From: Alphaproteobacteria bacterium
Lineage (GTDB): Bacteria; Pseudomonadota; Alphaproteobacteria; CALKHQ01
Length of the DNA stretch: 64,000 bases
Assembly (NCBI GenBank): GCA_965227515.1
Contig: CBDDFZ010000001.1
Span: 416,001-480,000, forward strand
Direction of reading: 5' to 3'
Made by a program: the position numbers and the translations under genes
Notes under the pieces: model-generated
Told to the model about the DNA's origin: nothing
Databases searched by the model: none
What the model saw: only the letters and a program-made list of their open reading frames with translations
Shown: piece after piece, positions 57,777 through 64,000 of the stretch
How the letters are laid out: the number at the start of each line of letters is the position of its first letter
How positions within the stretch are numbered: the stretch's first letter is position 1

Positions 57777-58724
57777 CTACCCCATCCCCGCTTTGCGCTG
57801 GCGTTCGGGGATCAGGCCCTTGGCGTAAGTCTGCAGCACCACTTGCAGCAGCAGGCCGATCAGGAACACGCGCAGGTACGACGCGCGGGTGATCCATTCC
57901 GGCGGCAACTGCCCGGTGACAAGCTCGGTCGCCGACCACAGCGCCCAGATCAGCATCGGCCCGACGATGGCGCCCAGATTGTTGCCGCTGCCGCCGACGA
58001 TCAGCATCACCCAGACCAGGAACGTGGTCATCAGCGGCTCGGTCGCCTCCGGCACGATCACCTTGAAGGCGTGGGCGTTCAGCGCGCCGCCCAGGCCCAT
58101 CAGCATGCCGCCGACGACGAAGGATTCCAGCCGGAAGCGCACGACGTCCTTGCCGGCGGCCGCGGCGGCGATGTCGTTGTCGCGGATCGCGCGCATCACC
58201 CGGCCCCAGGGCGCGCGCACCGCCCGCTGCAAGATGAGGTAGAGCACCACCACGATGGCCAGGATCAGCGCAAGCTGGGCTATTTCGGCCCAGGGTGCCG
58301 GCAGCTCCTCGAACGGGCGCGGAATGCGCTGGATGCCGCGCGGGCCGTTGGTCAGCCACAGCTCATTCTTCAAGATCAGGCGCAGCACCTCGGCAATACC
58401 GATGGTGGCGATGGCAAGATAGTCGCTCTTCAGGCGGATGCAGGTGATGCCGACCCCCAGCGCCAGCACGCCGGCGATCAGGCTCGCCGCCAGCATGCCG
58501 ACCGGGATCGGCAGCTCGAACCCGCCCACATGGCTGTCGGACGCCGCCGAGGTCAGGATCGCGGTGGTGTAGGCGCCAATGGCGTAGAAGCCTGCAATGC
58601 CGGCATTGAACAGGCCGGTGTAGCCCCATTGCACGTTGAGCCCGAGCGCCATCACCGAATAGATCCCGCCCATGGTGGCGAGCGAGATCAGGTACATCAT
58701 GATGCCGTAGAGCGAGTCGTCCAT
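57777..58724 (-). CDS. Branched-chain amino acid ABC permease (LivM-like), isolated
   Basis: GLNVQWGYTGLFN, RLKSDYLAIAT, WGRVMRAIRDN, IVGGSGN. Confidence 0.88.
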   Translation of the reverse strand: MDDSLYGIMMYLISLATMGGIYSVMALGLNVQWGYTGLFNAGIAGFYAIGAYTTAILTSAASDSHVGGFELPIPVGMLAASLIAGVLALGVGITCIRLKSDYLAIATIGIAEVLRLILKNELWLTNGPRGIQRIPRPFEELPAPWAEIAQLALILAIVVVLYLILQRAVRAPWGRVMRAIRDNDIAAAAAGKDVVRFRLESFVVGGMLMGLGGALNAHAFKVIVPEATEPLMTTFLVWVMLIVGGSGNNLGAIVGPMLIWALWSATELVTGQLPPEWITRASYLRVFLIGLLLQVVLQTYAKGLIPERQRKAGMG

Positions 58725-58962
58725 TGGTGCCGGTCGGTTGCGCGCAACGCGGAGCATACTGCCGCCGGGCGCAGTTTACGGCAAGGCGGGCGGCCATGCC
58801 CCGCGCAATACCAACACCGTCATAATTCGTTAGGGTTTTGGGCGCAGGGTAGCGCGGTATTTTCCCCCGAGTCGGTGACCGCCCCTATGCAAAACGCCCT
58901 GGAACGTATTCTCGTCCGCCTGATGCTGCGCTGGAACTGGCGCGCCATGTGCCGGTAGGTTT

Positions 58963-59586
58963 CTAAGCCTTCACCGCTGCAGCCGCCCGTTCGCGCCGCG
59001 CCTGGGCGATGATCTGCAGCGCCGACCACGTGAACAGCCCGGCCATGCCCGCCGCGACCGCCAGGTCCGGCCAGCCGGTCTCTGTCAGCCACACCGCCGC
59101 CGCCGCAATCATCACCGCGACGTTGCCGATGGCATCGTTGCGCGAGCACAGCCAGACCGAGCGCACATTGGCGTCGCCCTCGCGATAACGCACCAGCAGC
59201 CACACGCTGGCCAGGTTGGCCAGCAGCGCAAGCACGGCGATCGGGCCCATCACCTGCGCCTCCGGCACGCCGACGACAAAGAGCTGGTAGATCGTGGCGC
59301 CCAGCACCCACAGCCCCATCGCCAGCAGGCTGACGCCCTTGATCAGCGCGACACCGGTGCGCGCCGCCACCGACGAGCCGATCACCGCCAGCGACAGGCC
59401 GTAGGTGATCGCATCGCCGGCGAAATCGAGCGCATCGGCCTGCAGCGCCTGCGACCCGGCCAGGTGGCCCGCCGCCATCTCGATCGCGAACATGACCGCA
59501 TTGATGGCGATCACCGCCCACAGCCGGCGCTTGTACGCCGCCGACATGCCGTCGAACACCGCGCCGTGACCGCAGCCGCCGCTCAT
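58963..59586 (-). CDS. Cation diffusion facilitator-like transporter (TM domain only)
   Basis: YKRRLWAVIAIN, ALQADALDF.GD, GDANVRSVWLCSRNDAIGN, WPD. Confidence 0.88.
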   Translation of the reverse strand: MSGGCGHGAVFDGMSAAYKRRLWAVIAINAVMFAIEMAAGHLAGSQALQADALDFAGDAITYGLSLAVIGSSVAARTGVALIKGVSLLAMGLWVLGATIYQLFVVGVPEAQVMGPIAVLALLANLASVWLLVRYREGDANVRSVWLCSRNDAIGNVAVMIAAAAVWLTETGWPDLAVAAGMAGLFTWSALQIIAQARRERAAAAVKA

Positions 59587-59618
59587 GATTGCGTCCTTGC
59601 ATCCATAGCCATATGCGC

Positions 59619-59649
59619 CATGTAGTATCTCTAGTGACTAGAGGTTCAA
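59619..59649 (-). promoter_or_regulatory. MerR-type promoter/operator
   Basis: Minus strand -35 TTGAAC followed by the dyad CTCTAGT-c-ACTAGAG in the long spacer, between divergent merR and transporter genes. Confidence 0.8.
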
Positions 59650-59662
59650 GGGGTCGTTTGCG

Positions 59663-60079
59663 ATGTATTCGATCGGCGATCTGGCGCGGCACACCGGCGT
59701 GAAGGTGCCGACCATCCGCTACTACGAGGAGATCGGCCTGCTGGCGCCTGCTGAGCGGACTGCGGGCAACCAGCGCCGCTATGACCGCGCGGCGCGCGAC
59801 CGGCTGGGCTTCATTCGCCATGCCCGCGACCTGGGCCTGCCGCTGGAGGCGATCCGCGAACTGGTCGAGCTGAGCCTGCACCCGAACCAGCCGTGCGCCG
59901 ACGCCGACCGGATCGCCAAGGCGCAACTGGCCGCCGTGCGCGACCGCATCGCGCGGTTGCGCTTGCTGGAGTCCGAGCTGGAAAGGATCGCCGACGGTTG
60001 CGACCACGGCGCGATCAAGGATTGCTACGTGATCCAGGCGCTGGCCGACCACTCGCTGTGCGCCACCGCGCATGATTGA
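59663..60079 (+). CDS. MerR family heavy-metal regulator (CadR/ZntR-like)
   Basis: SIGDLA..TGV...TIRYYEEIGL, GNQRRY; metal-binding Cys residues PC...C...C. Confidence 0.92.
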   Translation: MYSIGDLARHTGVKVPTIRYYEEIGLLAPAERTAGNQRRYDRAARDRLGFIRHARDLGLPLEAIRELVELSLHPNQPCADADRIAKAQLAAVRDRIARLRLLESELERIADGCDHGAIKDCYVIQALADHSLCATAHD

Positions 60080-60129
60080 TTAAGTGACGTCGGCGCCAGC
60101 AACAACCGACTTCGCGCGAGCGAGACCTT

Positions 60130-61110
60130 CTAGCCGAAGCTGAAACCCCAGACGATCGCCACCGCCGCTGTGGCGCCGGCGAAGATGGTCAGCCCGACCC
60201 AGCGATTGGCCTTGAACTGCCGAAGGCAGCTCTTCGGGTCGCCCAGGCGCACGGTCCATACCTGCACGCCCAGCAGCAGGGTCGCGCAGCCGGTGCCCAC
60301 GAACCACGGCCAGGCCGCCCCCGCCAGTTGCCCGGCGATGCCCCACAGCACCGATCCTGCGACGTAGAACACGACCAGCCATTGCTTGGTGTCGTCGCCG
60401 AACAGCCGTGCCGTCGATTTCACCCCGATCAGCATGTCGTCCTGGATGTCCTGGTGGGCATAGATGGTGTCGTAGCCGATGGTCCAGGCGATGGCGCCGG
60501 CATAGAGCACCAGCGCCGGCCAGTCGAAGCTGCCGGCGGCCGCCGTCCAGCCGACCAGCGCGCCCCAGCTGAACGCCAGGCCCAGGAAGAACTGCGGCCA
60601 CCAGGTGATGCGCTTCATGAACGGATAGACCGCCACCAGCACCAGCGAGGCGGCCCCGACGGCAATGGTCAGCCAGTTGAATTGCACCAGCACCGCCAGC
60701 CCGACCAGGGCCTGGGCAGCCAGCCAGATCCACGCGCCGCGCACGCTGACCCGGCCGGACGGGATCGGCCGCAAGGCGGTGCGCGCGACCTTCATGTCGA
60801 TGTCGCGGTCGACGATGTCGTTGAACGTGCAGCCGGCGCCGCGCATGGCGATGGCGCCTATCATGAACAGCGCGGCGTATAGGACATAGGTCCAGCCGAC
60901 CGGGCCCGGCCATGCCAGCCCCATGCCCCACAGGCAGGGGAAGTACAGTAGCTCCCAGCCGATCGGCCGATCGAGGCGCGAGAGCTGGAGATAGGGCTGC
61001 CACGCCGCCGGCATCGCCGCGATCAGGCCAGTGGTCGCGATGTCGCTGCGCTCGGTGGGGGTCGCGATGTCGCTGCGCTCGGTGTTGGTGGGGGTGGGGG
61101 TCGCGGTCAT
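60130..61110 (-). CDS. ubiA: 4-hydroxybenzoate octaprenyltransferase
   Basis: RLDRPIG, MRGAGCTFNDIVDRDID..VART..RP, YPFMKR, YDTIYAHQD. Confidence 0.95.
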   Translation of the reverse strand: MTATPTPTNTERSDIATPTERSDIATTGLIAAMPAAWQPYLQLSRLDRPIGWELLYFPCLWGMGLAWPGPVGWTYVLYAALFMIGAIAMRGAGCTFNDIVDRDIDMKVARTALRPIPSGRVSVRGAWIWLAAQALVGLAVLVQFNWLTIAVGAASLVLVAVYPFMKRITWWPQFFLGLAFSWGALVGWTAAAGSFDWPALVLYAGAIAWTIGYDTIYAHQDIQDDMLIGVKSTARLFGDDTKQWLVVFYVAGSVLWGIAGQLAGAAWPWFVGTGCATLLLGVQVWTVRLGDPKSCLRQFKANRWVGLTIFAGATAAVAIVWGFSFG

Positions 61111-61208
61111 GGCCGATCCATGCGCCGATCCCGTCGCCGGTGCAAGACGCGGTTCGTCACATGGTGTTGGCGTTTGCCAAAGGCGGGCAATGGAGCCAAC
61201 TTGCCGCC

Positions 61209-61547
61209 ATGGACGAGTTTCGATTGCCGACAGAGCTATGGGTGACCGCGCATATGCGCCGCTGCTCGGTGGAGGGCGTGCCGGCGACCATCGTGCGCAA
61301 GGGCGAACCCACCTTCGGCACCGTGGTGCTGAAGCTGAACCATCTGGGCGCCGGGTGCCGGGTGCTGACCCAGGCCCGCGACACCGAGGGCCGGCTCGGC
61401 TGGCTGGCGGCCCTGGATGGCGCATTGGTGCCGGAGGCGGATGCCGATGCCTATATCGCGCGCACCCTGGATCTGGACGAAGATGCGTGGGTGATCGAAA
61501 TCGAACACCGGGACGGCTGGCACCCCTTCGAAGGCAAGGTTCTTTAG
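61209..61547 (+). CDS. DUF1491 family protein
   Basis: RLPTELWV.A..R, IVRKGE..GTVVLK, D.DAWVIEIE. Confidence 0.85.
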   Translation: MDEFRLPTELWVTAHMRRCSVEGVPATIVRKGEPTFGTVVLKLNHLGAGCRVLTQARDTEGRLGWLAALDGALVPEADADAYIARTLDLDEDAWVIEIEHRDGWHPFEGKVL

Positions 61548-61764
61548 GGCTCCGCGCCTCAAATCGCGGCGGCGGCGGCCCTGTGCCGCCCATTTTTATT
61601 CGCTTTTGAACATCGGATTTTCGCTTGTGAAAACGCGTGCCCCGTGTACCATGCGCCCGATTGCCGCTAGCATGGCGATCGGCCACGTTGGACCGCCGCA
61701 CGCCTAGGCCCCGCGTCCAACGGCAAACGAAACGGCCATGACAAGAGCCAAACCGGGAGGAAAT

Positions 61765-63504
<1,740 letters not shown>

Positions 63505-63531
63505 TTCCGGCCAAGGCCACGTGCCAATGAC

Positions 63532-63559
63532 GAATGGGGGCCTTTCGGGGCCCCCATTC
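63532..63559 (+). terminator. Strong hairpin (terminator or mRNA-stabilising stem) after the SBP gene
   Basis: GAATGGGGGCC(T)-TTCG-(G)GGCCCCCATTC. Confidence 0.65.
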
Positions 63560-63682
63560 CACGCCTTTCCCTGCAATACCCACTGCCAAACCGCGCATTT
63601 CGCCTTAAGGTTTGGCTGCGGCCCGCGCGGGCGCCGATGACCGACGCCTGGCATGGCCCTGAACTGTGATGGCCCTGCGTGA

Positions 63683-64000
63683 ATGACCCTGGAACTTTAC
63701 GACGTCGAGAAGCGGGTGGGCGCGGAAACCCACATCTACCCGACAACGGTGTCGTTGGCGGAGGGCGAGTTCAACATCCTGCTGGGCACCACGCTGTCGG
63801 GCAAGACGACGCTGATGCAACTGATGGCCGGGCTGGAGCGGCCGACATCCGGCACCGTGCACCTGAACGGGCGTGACGTCACCGCCGTGTCGGCGGCCAA
63901 GCGCAACGTCTCCATGGTCCATCAGCAGTTCATCAATTATCCCAATTTCACCGTCTTCGAGAACATCGCCTCGCCGCTGAAAGTGGCCGGCATGCGCCGC
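63683..64000 (+). CDS. ABC ATP-binding protein (GlpS-like), 3' truncated by the window end; absent from the ORF track
   Basis: MTLELYDVEKRVGAETHIY...LLGTTLSGKTTLMQLMAGL...MVHQQFINYP. Confidence 0.85.
   Translation, partial: MTLELYDVEKRVGAETHIYPTTVSLAEGEFNILLGTTLSGKTTLMQLMAGLERPTSGTVHLNGRDVTAVSAAKRNVSMVHQQFINYPNFTVFENIASPLKVAGMRR

Overview
A high-GC (roughly two-thirds G+C by eye), gene-dense chromosomal window. It is most likely alphaproteobacterial, judged from an EcfG-type sigma factor and promoters, DUF1491, a PAS_5 protein and GTCAT-type palindromic repeats. I found no rRNA, tRNA, CRISPR array, transposase or prophage genes. From left to right: (1) a TpiB/EryH-like isomerase, a GNAT and an orphan encapsulated-ferritin-like gene; (2) a general-stress cluster (EcfG-like sigma, RHH protein, DUF2254, CsbD, DUF1328, Crp/Fnr, two tandem entericidin-like lipoproteins) with two clear GGAAC-N16/17-CGTT promoters; (3) a long sugar/polyol catabolic region with two CUT1 ABC systems (one permease fused to DUF805), two Gfo/Idh/MocA dehydrogenases, two PhyH dioxygenases, a divergent AnmK/levoglucosan-kinase-like enzyme, an AKR and SDRs; (4) a periplasmic sensor plus MCP, DUF2086-alkB, and cyclase plus TPP enzyme; (5) a sigma54 pspF-pspA-pspC locus with no pspB, in which both PspA and PspC carry 7-histidine tracts; (6) a possible caspase-fold His-Cys peptidase, HupE/UreJ plus a secreted phosphoesterase, and ybbAP; (7) a NACHT-pentapeptide-repeat protein whose repeat domain is sharply lower in GC; (8) an orphan livM, merR-CDF, ubiA, DUF1491 and the start of a glycerol-type ABC operon. 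A dispersed ~90-135 bp palindromic MITE-like repeat (4 near-full copies plus fragments) and two GTCAT-type palindromes lie in intergenic spaces. All calls rest on visual motif recognition; no database searches were run.
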